From Octopus vulgaris (Eukaryota), in the NCBI GenBank assembly GCA_951406725.2, contig OX597814.1, forward strand, positions 198,772,001 through 198,836,000: a stretch of DNA of 64,000 nucleotides, given 5' to 3'. Below the pieces are notes generated by a model. That model searched no databases. It was not told where the DNA came from and was given only the letters and a program-made list of their open reading frames with translations. The position numbers and the translations under genes are program-made. This document shows positions 1-12,531 of the stretch, in pieces. Each line of letters begins with the position of its first letter. Position 1 is the stretch's first letter.

Positions 1-145
1 CTTCTTCGCCTTCTTACGTTCAGAGTTCAAATTCTGCCGAGGTCAGCTTTGCCTTTCGGGGTCGATAAATCAAGTACCAGCGAAATGCTAGGGTCGACTA
101 GTATCCTCCCTAAAATTTGAGACCTTGTACCCCTGGTAGAAAGGG
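1..145 (+). mobile_element. SINE family B, truncated copy (GTTCAAATTCCGCCGAGGTCGAC type)
   Basis: Matches the B-box and central segment repeated at 7175, 9012, 12532, 30371 and 56597. Confidence 0.8.
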
Positions 146-149
146 TTAT

Positions 150-215
<66 letters not shown>

Positions 216-239
216 TACTACTATTATTATTATTATTAT
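146..239. repeat. (TAC)n/(TAT)n microsatellite
   Basis: Direct reading. Confidence 0.98.
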
Positions 240-616
240 GAAGACTTTTCCTTGACATCTGCTGTATTTACGCATTATCCACCGGACGCCACCCAGACAC
301 CTGATAGAAAAAAACCCGGATATGATGTTTTTTTTAATACATTGGATGATTATAGGATTGAATAAAGTTTTTAAAGTAGCACGTGTAAATATGAGTGATA
401 AAAAAAAATGCTATAAAACTATTAAATACAAAGTGATGGTACTTTTCGTTAAACGTACAGAGTTTCTATCAGGTATATTTTCAGTATTTCTTTTAAGCAT
501 GGTTTTCCTAGTTTATGAATAAGGAAAATAAAATACAATAAAGAAAAAGAAAACACAAAAATAAAAGTATTTAAAAAAATCAAAAATATCACGTGGATTA
601 TTGCTGGACGATAACA

Positions 617-1240
617 GTTTACGCAAAGTAGCCGCCATCAGCTTCCACCATGGCGTCGAATCGTCTCTGAAACGCGGTTCATGCGTTTCACGTTGTCTTC
701 TGGCTCTGAGAAGATCCTCGAACACGTCTTCGATCTTCACCATCAGCTCGGTTCAGAATTGCAGGTCGAGTGGGTTGGATCTGTCTCAACCGCACACGAT
801 ATATAGTAATGCATGGCATTGTAATTGGAGGGATTAGGAAACAAGAAATTGGGGTTGGTGAAATCATAGAGTTCATCCGACAGTCACTTCTCATTGCTTT
901 TGGAGGCATGGCAAGACGGCAAATTCTACTGCTACGCATATGGCCTATTAGTAGCGACCTTCTGCAGCCACTTCTTGACCACAGTCTCCAGCAGCTTCAC
1001 GTAGCTGTCTGAAGTGATTGAGTCCAAAAGCCCTGTTCAGAGATGTGGTGATGAGCTCCGGCATGGGGACGACGCAATCAGAATATCTACGGTGTTTCTT
1101 CCTGTTGATTACAGCTTCATAATCTCCGTTGCACCAGTCCGTGTCACATCTACAGTGTTCACAGAATATTGAGTAGAAGTCACTATATGAGCATTTTGAT
1201 ACCCGGCGCGAATCATCTCAATGAAATTATCTCATTTCCA
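617..1240 (-). pseudogene. Decayed Tc1/mariner-superfamily transposase (maT/DD37D-like), internally deleted
   Basis: Minus-strand translation YVKLLETVVKKWLQKVATNRPYA*Q*NLPSCHASKS...FLFPNPSNYNAMHYY resembles the QQDxAPxH and WPPxSPDxNPxDY motifs; contains stops and frameshifts. Confidence 0.75.
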
Positions 1241-2307
1241 ATATTCAGATGGCTTCCAGTCCTCCATGTTAGCTAAGGTTTGCTCAAATGCCACTGTAAT
1301 CTTTATGCTTTCAAATGCCGTTGACTGTTTAACAATATATTTAGCTATCCCTCAAATCAGGTGACATAAAAATCGTAAATTTTCATCTCGACTATTTTGT
1401 AAAATTTGTGTGTGCATTTGTTTGTGTGTGTGTGTGTGTGTGTTTGTGAGTGAGTTTGCGTGTGTGCGTGTGTGTGAATCATTACTTTTTACATCTGTGT
1501 CTTTGTAGATGCATACAACCAAGTGAATACATTTGTTCCTTTAAAGAACCTCAGATAAAGAATCTTTGGAATAAGCTGGGTTTGGAGAATGCGTTCCATT
1601 TCGTTCGCAAATTTTTAACAAAATCCTGCAAATATGTATGTGTATGCATGTATGCATGTATGCATGTATGTTTCTCTGTGTCTATATTTATGCGTGCATA
1701 TTTATGTGTGTGCGTATATTTATGTAAGTATGTATTTATGTGTATCGATGTATGTATGTAGGCGTTGACGTATGAAGAGTACTTAACGACTGACGTATAG
1801 AAAACACTGTTGTATTTGCTATTTTGAATCGCTAACATGATTTAGGAGTATTGAAATATAAAACACGAGAATTAATTTGTAGAAATTGAGTGTAAAACCA
1901 TAAAAATAACGACTGTAATAAAATATTAAAGACAACTTGCTGTAGAAGATATCAAAATTTATGTTTTTCAGTTTTCATATTTAATGGCGATGTTGCCGTT
2001 ATTGAGTAGAATAAAATCAACATATATAACGTTCTCTGTAATGTTATCCTCAGAGATATTCGGAAAAAAATTTATTGAAATATTTGCGATTCGAAAACAG
2101 AATATTTTCAGTCGCAATCATTAAATTCAAATTATCAAATTTAAAATGAAAAATAAATACGTATTCATTTAATTGAACATTGCATAAGAAATTCGATATA
2201 AAATGCTTCTTTTCTGACGTATGTTTTATAGGGAAAATATAATTCGTTTCTACGTTTATATATTTGTTTTGCAAGATTTTTGATGTGAAATCGTGTGTTG
2301 AAACAGA

Positions 2308-2593
2308 TATTGTTGTATTTAGGAATGGTCATTTTGCCAGTTTAGCCAATAAAAACACACGCACTATATATTTGGTATTACTTTGCTTCAGCGTTATTCA
2401 TTTTTTACATTAATCGTAATCTTATTTCGGCCAGAGTTCTTTCGTCACACTCCTGTGGCCTCATCAGTGGTCCTTTGCTTAATCCTTTCTTATTTGTGTG
2501 CCTCTCCTTACTAACGGTCAGCCATTAATATATTTAGTGCGTGTGTTTTTATTGGCTAAACTGGCAAAATGACCATTCCTAAATACAACAATA
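2308..2593 (-). mobile_element. Fold-back PLE-derived element (arms ~2308-2370 and ~2531-2593) with a hammerhead in the loop
   Basis: Arms are near-perfect reverse complements; a sister copy lies at 41357-41558. Confidence 0.75.
2429..2472 (-). ncRNA. Type I hammerhead ribozyme motif (family A)
   Basis: GACCA-CUGAUGA-G-GCCACA ggag UGUGAC-GAAA-G aa C-UC-UGGCC; one mismatch each in stems I and II. Confidence 0.75.
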
Positions 2594-2619
2594 ATTAGTT
2601 TCGTTGCGATCATAATCAT

Positions 2620-2696
2620 GTATTTTTATATTTTCATTTCATATTTCAGGTGAGTTCGCATTTTGTTTGCATATGAAGAATGTAGAAGTCGTAAGT
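2620..2696 (+). promoter_or_regulatory. Candidate splice acceptor overlapping a donor (TTTCAG|GTGAGT), with a second donor GTAAGT 41 nt downstream
   Basis: Long T-rich tract, AG at 2648-2649, GTGAGT at 2650-2655, GTAAGT at 2691-2696. Confidence 0.35.
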
Positions 2697-3670
2697 AAAT
2701 CTTAGTATTTCCTGTTGTAAAGCATTAAATGTATGTTCTCACTTGGCAACCAATAATACCAGATTCAATGCAACGTATTCGCAATCCACAATAATTTCTA
2801 CTGCAAGCAAAATAAATGTCAAGATTACGAGAAAAGCTCAAAGCCATAAAGTTACTGATATTCAAAGAGGATTAATATTTCTTATATGTCATTTATCAAT
2901 GTATTCAAAGGTTAAAACTTAAAGTAAGATATCTTATTTCTGTGAAATAATACGATCCAAAATGCTATATCGGAAGACGTAAATTTATACAGATCTATAC
3001 GATAGATGTATACAAATATACATACATACAAATACACACACACACACACATATATATATATATTATTTAGAAGCAGAGCGCAGCTAAACGATATGACAAA
3101 CTACATATGCATAGACAAACATATGCACGCATGCGCACATGCGTCTCTATATTCACTCTCTCCACAGTCTGTACACATATGATAGTAGCAAGTATTTTGT
3201 AAATATAACGAGAGTATTTGTTCATAGAATGTTTTAGCAAAGGCCTCGATGAAAAGGAAGACCGCTAGTGTAATAAAATATAAAATGGTTTTAAAAATAA
3301 CGCATGAAGTACATGCTTATAAGTATAAATACATAAATCTATTCATATATCTTTGTCTTCCTATGACAAAGAGAAATAATAAAATATATATGCACACAGA
3401 CACACAGACACAGACACACACACAAATATATGCCACAGAAACTCCACAAACTAGGCAACAGTTTCTAAGCATTATTTAAGCGAAATAAGATTATCTATGA
3501 AGAAAAAGAACTAATGCCAATGATTTTTAATCTCCACAAACTAGAAATCCACAGAAATTTTCTGCTTTTCTAGAATGAAAGACAACTCAGAATAGAAAAA
3601 ATGACATAACAACTATGTATCTTCATCATCAGCAGCCAAACGGATAACACTATTGTTTTGACACCTGAAA

Positions 3671-3715
<45 letters not shown>

Positions 3716-3811
3716 CAGCGATGGTTTGGTCACAATTGATGAGCTTTAATTCCAAGTTTAATTTGCAAGTGTAGTGACCACGTTCCCTGTGGGGCGATTA
3801 CCTCTCCTGTC

Positions 3812-4247
3812 AGGAGAGCTGGCAGAAACGTTAGCGCGCCGGGCGAAATGCTTAGCGCAGGGGTGGGCAAACTTTTTTGATCGCGGGCCGCACAGTGCGT
3901 CTTTGGAACCTTGGCGGGCCTCATTTATAAAAATCAAGTGAAAATATTGTGAATTACCGTACAGTTACGAAGTATCTGCATAGAAGTTGGGATTCATAAA
4001 AGCTCTCGGCGGGCCGCATGAAAACCTATGGCGGGCCGTAGTTTGCCCACCCCTGGCTTAGCGGTATTTCGTCTGTCGTTACGTTCTAAGTTCAAATTCC
4101 GCCGAGGTCGACTTTGCATTTCATCCTTTCGGGGTCGATAAATAAAGTACCAGTTACGCACTGGGGACGATTTAATCGACTTAATACCTATGGCTGTCCT
4201 TGTTTTCCCCTCTGTGTTTAGCCCCTTGTGGGTAATAAAGAAATAGG
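3812..4247 (+). mobile_element. SINE family B interrupted by a hAT MITE
   Basis: SINE head GAGCTGGCAGAAACGTTAGC resumes exactly after the insertion. Confidence 0.85.
3858..4055. mobile_element. Non-autonomous hAT (Charlie-like) MITE, 198 bp
   Basis: Perfect 16-bp TIRs CAGGGGTGGGCAAACT; 8-bp TSD GCTTAGCG at 3850-3857 and 4056-4063. Confidence 0.92.
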
Positions 4248-4419
4248 TTACCTCTCCTGTCAGTTTTGTAGCCATAAGGGTCTTTGACAACGGTTTCTAG
4301 TACGGTAGGTACTACCCTGTACCCTCAGTCGCTATTGGTGACAATTCAATTTTTCCTTTTTGGTTTCATATTGGGTATAGCTAACTTCGTTATTTTAAGT
4401 AAACTGAAAGAAGCCCGTC

Positions 4420-4470
<51 letters not shown>

Positions 4471-4525
4471 CGTATGTATTTATGTATGTATGTATGTATG
4501 TATTGTATGTATGTATGTATGTATG

Positions 4526-4556
<31 letters not shown>

Positions 4557-4970
4557 GGTGTGTGCCAAATTTAATTAACCTAGTTTAGGTTTATTTTGAA
4601 TAATTAAGAAATATCATTGGGTATTAATTGATATCAATATCTTTCTGGGACACCCTGAGTACAAATTTTGTTGCCCGAGATACAGCATAGCGTTGAAACG
4701 ATCAAATATAATTTGTTTTTAAAATATCTCAAAGAAATGGTAAGATGTTTCTTTCTCGAATGTAATACATCTTCATCTTCCTGTAATGACGTATTCTCAT
4801 CTTACTTTTCCATTGTACAGAGTCGTATAACACTGATATTTATTTAAACAACTTCGCAGTCATTAAAGCCAGCCAGTTTAATAATTTGATTAGTAAACTT
4901 AGCTTTATTTTTGCTTAGTGATGACTTTAATCCTTGTTGTGAAGTAGGCGTCAGAAAATCAAACAAAGCG

Positions 4971-5091
4971 AACCTCGTGGAGCTTTAGGTGTTTTCGCTC
5001 AATAAACACTCACAACGCCCGGTCTGGGTATCGAAACCGCGATCCTATGACCGCGAGTCCGCTGCCCTAATCACTGGGCCATTGCGCCTCC
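4971..5091 (-). mobile_element. SINE family A head fragment (tRNA-derived)
   Basis: Reverse complement of GGAGGCGCAATGGCCCAGTGGTTAGGGCAGCGGACTCGCGG. Confidence 0.85.
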
Positions 5092-5675
5092 GTCGTGTCT
5101 GATACACCGTTGTTTTAAACAGTAGAGACCGAATAATCTGTCTCGTTCAGACACTGAAGTGATATGTGGAATCCACTTATACATCTAAATTCAAATATAT
5201 TTTTAAATCTCACCTTATAATCTTTCTTTGTTTTTAATTGTATCAAATTTGACACAATCCAGTTGTATTTTTAGAAGGAGCTGATTAAATATATCTACGT
5301 ATTTTACTGATACTTTGATAAATTTTTTTTATCGACTGCGAAAATGTAAAAGCCAAGTTAATCTCAGCGGAATTTGGGCGCAGAACATAAAGAGCCGAAT
5401 GACACACTGCTAAGCATTTAGTCCAACGCTCTAACTATTCTTTCAGCTCATCGCCTAATATCATTTTTTGCAAAGAATTATATGTCTATGAAAGCGCGGG
5501 CATATAGCTGTGTAGTGAAGAAGTTCGCTTTGCAATCACGTGGCTTCAGGTTTAGTCCCACTGCGTGCCACCTTGGGCAACTGTCCTCTCCTATAGCCAT
5601 GAACCGGCTATAACATGCCTTGTGAGTGAATTTGGTAGACAGAAGCTGTTGAAGCCTGTTCTTTCTGTCTCTCTC

Positions 5676-5925
5676 CCTTTTCCTTTTAAAGGCACAAAAA
5701 TTTGTCGGCAGCCAGCTATGAGGATCGATCTCACTTTCCTCCAAGACCCAGTTGGAATGCTTAACCATTTAAGCTAAACCGCCTGACCACCAAATTCTTT
5801 TGCAATTTAAGAAGTTATAGACTCATTCAGGAATATTAGATGTCCAACCGGATATTGGAGGGATGTGAGTTCGATCCTCATGGCTGGCTGCCGATAAATT
5901 TTTCTGCTTTTAAAAAGAAAAAAGG
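5676..5925. repeat. Inverted repeat (~85-bp arms) built from a tRNA-like sequence
   Basis: 5676-5762 is a diverged reverse complement of 5838-5925. Confidence 0.85.
5707..5783 (-). pseudogene. tRNA-like sequence (pseudogene or SINE head) followed by a T-run
   Basis: GGCGGTT acceptor pairs with GGCTGCC; A-box TAGCTTAAATGG; stem TCCAA/TTGGA with a 7-nt loop; T-arm GTGAG-ATCGATC-CTCAT; 4 extra nt before the acceptor 3' strand. Confidence 0.55.
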
Positions 5926-6041
5926 ATTTCATCCTTTATATATACTGTTCAGTATCTATGCGTTGAATAAAATTTATTTTTCTACTTGTTCTACAATACA
6001 TTTCAACGATTGGAAAACAAACAAGTTTGTTTACATACGGC

Positions 6042-6090
<49 letters not shown>

Positions 6091-6093
<3 letters not shown>

Positions 6094-6402
6094 ATAAGAT
6101 CGTTAATTTAAATATCGATCTTATCAAGTGGCCAGCATGGAAATAAAAACCTTCGAAGGTATAATTATTTAAAAAAATTATAATTTAGAGTACCTAAGAG
6201 ATACCACCACGCTGGAAATAGCAACCAAAGCTTGACTCTAAAACCACATTAAATGTTCATACAGCACCAGTAATCTTTTTGCTAGTTTATTTTGTCCTTT
6301 TGTCTTTTCTCCTGGTGCTGTATGAACATTTAATGTGGTTTTAGAGTTAAGTTTTGGCTGCTATTTCCAGTGTGGTGGTATTTCTTAGATATCCTAAATT
6401 AT
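6091..6402. mobile_element. (TA)n-flanked fold-back element (arms ~6180-6270 and ~6312-6402, plus a one-sided extension)
   Basis: Direct inverted repeat; shares terminal motifs with the elements at 14941, 42078, 53341 and 60241. Confidence 0.75.
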
Positions 6403-6546
6403 ATATATATATATATATATATACACGTGTGTGTGCCTTTGTGTTTGTGTTTGTCACACTTCCCCATGCTTCAAACCTGGAATTTGCTCACATCCCGTAA
6501 ACTAGCGGTTCGGCAAAAAAGGGACAGTAGTATCACACTCTAAAAG

Positions 6547-6586
<40 letters not shown>

Positions 6587-6672
6587 TTACTGGGATCGAT
6601 TTATTCAGCTCACCCCTTCATGGCGGTGTCCCATCATAATCGCAGTTCAATGACTGAAACGAGTTAAAAGAA

Positions 6673-6726
<54 letters not shown>

Positions 6727-6818
6727 CTTTATCCGTACCACATGATGTTTTGATTATAATCTCTGAAATCATTTATCTTCTTGCGAGCTTGCCTCGGTTT
6801 GCCTGACTGCATCTCATG

Positions 6819-6959
6819 CTAGCCACTGCGACCTCGCATAGTTTTCAAGTGCTCAACAGCGTCCTTACAAAGTTTGACGGTTGACTCGTGTATATCCATC
6901 TTGGAAAGCCCAGACAAGTCTATAACTAATGAGTTCTTACTTAGCTCTTTAGTGATGTC
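6819..6959 (-). CDS. Candidate terminal coding exon of an unidentified host gene (DITKELSKNSLVIDLSGLSKMDIHESTVKLCKDAVEHLKTMRGRSG*)
   Basis: Strong acceptor TTCTTATTTATTTTCAG; 46 open codons to TAG; non-repetitive, higher GC, amphipathic-helix pattern. Confidence 0.4.
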   Translation of the reverse strand, partial: DITKELSKNSLVIDLSGLSKMDIHESTVKLCKDAVEHLKTMRGRSG

Positions 6960-7174
6960 CTGAAAATAAATAAGAAGATTGCTATGAAATAATTAGTGAA
7001 CGGATTCCGACATTATACAGCATTCGAGATCTATCTCTGCACTCATCTTTATTATTAATAGTTTTATCATAGCTGGGGTCTCTTAGGTTAATGGTTAGCA
7101 CACTCAGCCGGAATTTGAGAGGCTCAGCGTCCGAATCCCAGTGGAGCCTTGGTTGGTCAACTGTTTTTCTTAAA

Positions 7175-7545
7175 AGGCGGAGAGCTGGCAGAAACGTTAG
7201 CACGCAGGGCGAAATGCGTAGCCGTATTTCGTCTGCCGTTTCGTTCTTAATTCAAATTCCGCCGAGGTCGACTTTGCCTTTCATCCATTCGGGGTCGATT
7301 AAATAAGTACCAGTTACGCACTGGGGTCGATGTAATCGACTTAATCCGTTTGTCTGTCCTTGTTTGTCCTCTCTGTGTTTAGCCCCTTGTGAGTAGTAAA
7401 GAAATAGGTATTTCGGCCATCGCTACGTTCTGAGGTCGACTTTACCTTTCGGGGTCGACAAAATAAGTACCAGTTGGACACTGGGGTCGATGTAAACGAC
7501 TCAGCCCACCCACCCCAAGCTGCCCTTGTGGCAAAAATTTGAAAT
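7175..7545 (+). mobile_element. SINE family B, dimeric
   Basis: Full head plus an internally repeated unit. Confidence 0.88.
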
Positions 7546-7891
7546 AATTAGTATCAGTTTTATTGCAATTAAAAAATTTATTTGATATGGCTCATATTGG
7601 CATATCCCTTACCTTCAAGATTTGTGACAAAATCTCAGTAACCAAGAGTTGTTTCAATCTCAACAAATTAAAACCTTTCTTACGATCATTACGTCGATAA
7701 GCAATTTTCTATCAATATATTTTGACAAAATGCTTCTTATATCTAAAATTTTAGCTACTTTTCAATTTTATTTTATGCTTTCGTTTGTAACGAAGTCTTT
7801 ATTTGTAACTGGCAAACTTTTCGCTATATTTTGCCTTTGTAAATGAAAGGGTTTACTTTTAAGTCTGCCCTTCAGCTTGCCTATTCTTAAA

Positions 7892-7959
<68 letters not shown>

Positions 7960-7963
<4 letters not shown>

Positions 7964-8091
7964 TAATCCAAACAAAAAAACACAAAAAAACACAGCAACG
8001 CGAGGACGTGGAACAAATAAAGTATTATTGGACGCTCAGGAAAGAAGGGAAGACAGAGGGAAAAAATCGGCAGCGGTACTCACGAGGTCAC
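7960..8091 (-). mobile_element. (TA)n-flanked PLE-derived element, sister of 53076-53277, with the hammerhead region deleted
   Basis: Shared AGTTAATCCAAAC...ACGCGAGGACGTG terminus; deletion between GAAGGGAAGA repeats. Confidence 0.7.
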
Positions 8092-8107
8092 ATATATATA
8101 TATATAT

Positions 8108-8316
8108 AGGGAGAGTTGGAGAGTTTACGAAAAAAACAAGAGACGAAGACAGGTGGTGTACAAAACAAAGAGATGTATTAGTATAGCGCTCAGGAATAGA
8201 AAAAGTCTTTTACGTTTCGAGCCTACGCTCTTCTACAGAAAGGGACACAGAAAAAACAAGGAGAGAAACAAGGAGAGAGAAAAAATGTGTGTAGTGGCTA
8301 ACGATCTATCATGGCG
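8108..8316 (-). mobile_element. (TA)n-flanked PLE-derived element, family B (sisters at 36441-36532 and 41115-41340)
   Basis: Shared GACGAAGACAGGTGGTGTA terminus. Confidence 0.75.
8207..8242 (-). ncRNA. Minimal hammerhead-like motif, variant core CUGUAGA-A
   Basis: CUUU-CUGUAGAA-GAGC guag GCUC-GAAA-CG-UA-AAAG; palindromic ACGU stem III. Confidence 0.65.
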
Positions 8317-9011
8317 ACTTTATAAATACTCTTATGCATGGCTATGTATATATTAACTCCTCATTTACCATCTTTATAATAACATCCTAAAGGCAACATG
8401 TTTTCTATATTCTATCTGACATTCATTTGCTCTTTATTTATTCCTAATTTTATTATCTGATATTTTGTTTTATTCTCTGTCTCTTATGTTTTATTTATTA
8501 TGCTAATGTAGTAGATTAAATTCTGTCCAATATGGTGTTATCGACAGTTGTACTATCAATTGAAATAAGAAATAAATTCTGTTGCACGCTCCAGCGTAAA
8601 GATTACCATGGCACGGCAAACGAGTCTCTCGAATTCTCGAAATTATATTAAGTCATTCGACGTCGGTTTGGGAATATCGATGTTAATAAGATACTTTAAG
8701 GTTGAATGGCAAGACCTCATCTCCCCAAGGCTTCTAAGCTGGTGGATATAATGTTCAATCCTATTACTTCCACAACCCAGAAGTAGTATTACAAAGAATT
8801 AAGAAGGAAGTATTACGAGAAACCAAATGAAATACATTTCATTTTCTTTACAATCTCCTCCGTGTTGTGTAATGTACGAAGAAACTCTTAGATGTTTTCT
8901 ATAATTCACTCGTATATAATCGTTACAGAAGTCTATATATATTAAAATGAATATATATATTAAAATATATATATTAAAATATATGTATGAAAATTAATAT
9001 ATATATTAAAA

Positions 9012-9245
9012 AGGCAGTGAGCTGGCAGAATCGGTATCATGCCGGGCGAAATGCTTAGCGGTGTTTCGTCTGCGTTACGTTCTGAGTTCAAATTCCGCCG
9101 AGGTCGACTTTACCTTTCATCCTTTCGGGGTCGATAAATTAAGTACCAGTTACGCACTGGGGTCGATGTAATTGACGTCATTCCTTTGTCTGTCATTGTA
9201 TGTCCCCTCTATGTTTAGCCCCTTGTGGGCAATAAAGATATAAGA
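9012..9245 (+). mobile_element. SINE family B
   Basis: Matches the other copies. Confidence 0.88.
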
Positions 9246-10959
9246 ACGAAGTAAAATAAGCATAACTGCAATAACATTCTGCTGTCAATCTTTTATCTTT
9301 TACTGGCTTCAATCATCAGACTGTGACCATGCTTAGACATGGCCCTGTCTATGATTAAAGAAATGAATTAATTTCCTGATAAATTAAGACATATTCCTTC
9401 ATTGTGACATAAATTATTTCTGTAAATCATTTAATTATAGAACTAAATTCAGTGTAGTATTAAATAATGTATCTCTAAAGCAGCGATTTTAACACCAAAC
9501 AACCCCTATCCAGGTACACTAGAAATATTTTCACTATCTTTGTTTAATCCCTTTTCACACGTTCAGTAGAAAAGATGGTATTCTTGCCTACGTTTATCAT
9601 TCACTAATTTTTGTGACTGAATGCTCGAACTCAAAAATTTCTGCTTCTGAAGCAAGAGCACTTTTTCTTATTCACCAAAGCGAAGAATTTGATTATCTTT
9701 CAAACTGCCTGCAGGATTCTTCACTTTATTTCCAAAGCTGTCAGTAATTTACCAACTACACTTCTCACTTCTACCACACAGCTAAATCTTACTCAGTTAT
9801 TAGACACTTTCATTCTTTTACGATGCTCCAAGATTTATAGAGATTCGCCTCTTCTTCTTGTCGACTGACATCTCCAAAAATGATTAAGTTTTCCTTCTAT
9901 CGAAGCGAAACTTATGTCGTCATCTCGTCAATTCGTATAAACGTAATTGGTTGCAAATTTCGAAACATAGGTTTTCTTTTCTAATCAAAAATAAAGTCCT
10001 CGATTTACCTCAATCCTATCTTATCGAGGCATGAATAACAGTTGTATAACTGAGTGAATACATAATTCTATTCTCAATTAAACTTTTAAAATATTTCTAT
10101 GAACTTATTTAAAAATGCGAATGAAAGTCAATTCTGAAAAGCAAATCATTAAAAGTTCTGTATTTCTTCATTTCTAGTTTTAAATATTGGTATATTTTAC
10201 ACAAAACATCTAAGTTTTTGCACGAAATATATCTATAATTGTATTTCAACAACAAAATAAGACATTCCCAAATAACTTCCAGCGACAAATCGTTTTCAAA
10301 ACGAAAACAGTTTTTCCTTTGATTATTAAAGGAAAACAGTTTTTCCCTTAATAATTATTGGAACTAACTGATTTTTAAATTGCCAATGATTTTATATATA
10401 TATTCAATAATGACTATTTAGTTTGTAATAACTATACATTTATGTTATACTGAGTTGAATGCAAAGGCAAGTTATACAAGGTGGTTTGTGCTGTTATATG
10501 ATATCCTACATGCGTATGTATCCTTTCAATCTTAGCCGGGTTTACAGTAAACTGTTAAATATTACTTAGTTTCGTTTCTTAACGTTTACGAAGAATTTCG
10601 CCGGTAGATTTCCTTCAGATTTACCACGTGAACATTCTTCAAAGCGTTGTAGTTGTGATTTATTCCTCAGCTAACATTGATCAAGTAGTCATATTATCGA
10701 AAGCAGTTCAAGCCCGCCCAGTGACTAGAAAAAAAAAACCCAACAGAAACCCAGGATGGGATTTGTAAAAGAAATATATTGTAGCTTTTTCTAGCGGCAG
10801 ACAACGATAGACAACGTTGTAATTCATTCCATTTGAATAAAGTGTATAAATTACACACACACACACCTACACACACACACACACACTTACACACAAATAT
10901 ATTAGACAGAATGAAATAAAGCCAAGGCTGTGAGGAGATTTCAGGACATTTATAATGGA

Positions 10960-11299
10960 GTAGTCTTACAGGAACTCGAGGGAATTGAATTGAAACTACG
11001 CCCAGAATATAATCCTGATCTAGCTCCAAGGTGCGGTCTACTCGTTCCGATCCATGGCTTTCATCCTACGATCGCGACGCTTCAGCAACAAAGAGGGGTT
11101 GGAAGCTTCAGTGAAGGAGGTCTTCGCCTCGAAGGACAAGAACTGGTACATCTATGGGATCAAAGGAATGGATGAAAGGTGGCTTACGACGGTGCAACAC
11201 AACTGCCTCTACATTCAATGCTGGGCTGCTTTAGTTGTAACTTGGTGAATAAAGCAAGTAAGTTCCCAAAATATTGCATAACTTTTGACTTAAACAATA
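10960..11299 (+). pseudogene. mariner transposase 3' fragment with probable TIR
   Basis: EYNPDLAP (YSPDLAP motif), then after a frameshift LFRSMAFILRSRRF...GIKGMDERW. Confidence 0.8.
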
Positions 11300-12143
11300 T
11301 ACCGATTTATCAATATTATATACGAGCAGTATAAGAGAATAAGTATGTATATAGTGGAAATGAATTTGATGTCGAGAATTAAATAAGCAACATGAATTAT
11401 GGCATGCGAACAATTTAAATAGGTAAATGTTCTATTAAACTGAACTGCAAGACGAGTTCTCTTAGAGGGTGTTATCCGAAATGTTACTGACATTGTGGAA
11501 AATAGCAGCGTTCTGACAGTAACACATCATTCATTTTATACAAGCAGGTGAAGGCGAAATATTTGAATCAAGTGTAAGCTGAACTTCACAAACACACATA
11601 TATCGAGACATTTATATACGTACAGATGTAAATGTTTGGATGGTGCATATTCGTGTTTATACAGACATGGGTGATTGATTAAGAAGTTCACTTCGCAATC
11701 GTTTGGTTCCAAGTTCGATTCCATTGCATAACGTTCTTGGATAAGTGTCTTTAACCTGACACTAGTTTGTATCGAAACCTTGCGAAGAAAATAGAAAACA
11801 AAACAATGTTGTGCAGAAAGGAGTATCAAAGTGACATTGGCTGTATCTATTTATCGGTTATTAGATTTTATATGCAGATTAGGTTATAAGCAAAGGTAGT
11901 TTTTATATTATAAAATAATCACATTAATTAACATAGCATTAAGCTAATTATTGTTTTCCAGACTTGTAATTTTCTGTAATTCACTTTCTGCTTATAATTT
12001 CCTAATGAACCAATAAACTTCAAAAGTTTAAAGTAAATATTAAATGTATAATATACGCACTTGAAACATCCATAGATTAAAACACTAGTGTGTATAACAT
12101 TTATAATGTGTTACCAAATATGGACCAGCACTAGCTGTAATGT

Positions 12144-12320
12144 GGAGGCGCAATGGTCCAGTGGTTAGGGTAGCGGACTGGCGGTCGGAGGATCGCGGTT
12201 TCGATTCCCAGACCGGGCGTTGTTTCTGTTTATTGAGCAAAAACACCTAGAGCTCCACGACGCTCCTGCAGGTGGTGGTGGCGACCCCTGTTGTACTCTT
12301 TCGCTACAACTTTCTCTCTC
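12144..12320 (+). mobile_element. SINE family A, 3'-truncated
   Basis: tRNA-like head; flanking direct repeat CACTAGCTGTAA. Confidence 0.85.
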
Positions 12321-12531
12321 ACTAGCTGTAAAAGTTTGTCTCAGCGAAACATCTCAAAGAAATCTGTGTGAAAACGCAGAATTGTAGCTCAGGTTACCGG
12401 TCACAGAAACCTCGTGTTTTTTTTATATATACGCATAACTAACGTAATCAGAGCGTAGTAGTAACTTACATCTCTTTCCTTATATAGTTCATGTTTGAAG
12501 CCTTTGCCGTATTCATTATTCATAAGATATA

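Larger units (their letters stand above)
5495..6670 (+). mobile_element. SINE family C split at its internal microsatellite (5' half ~5495-5660, 3' half ~6440-6670)
   Basis: Both halves match the intact copy at 26675-27070. Confidence 0.7.

Noticed and set aside
10560-10730. Possible minus-strand exon after a T-rich TAG acceptor
   Set aside because: Early stops in all three frames
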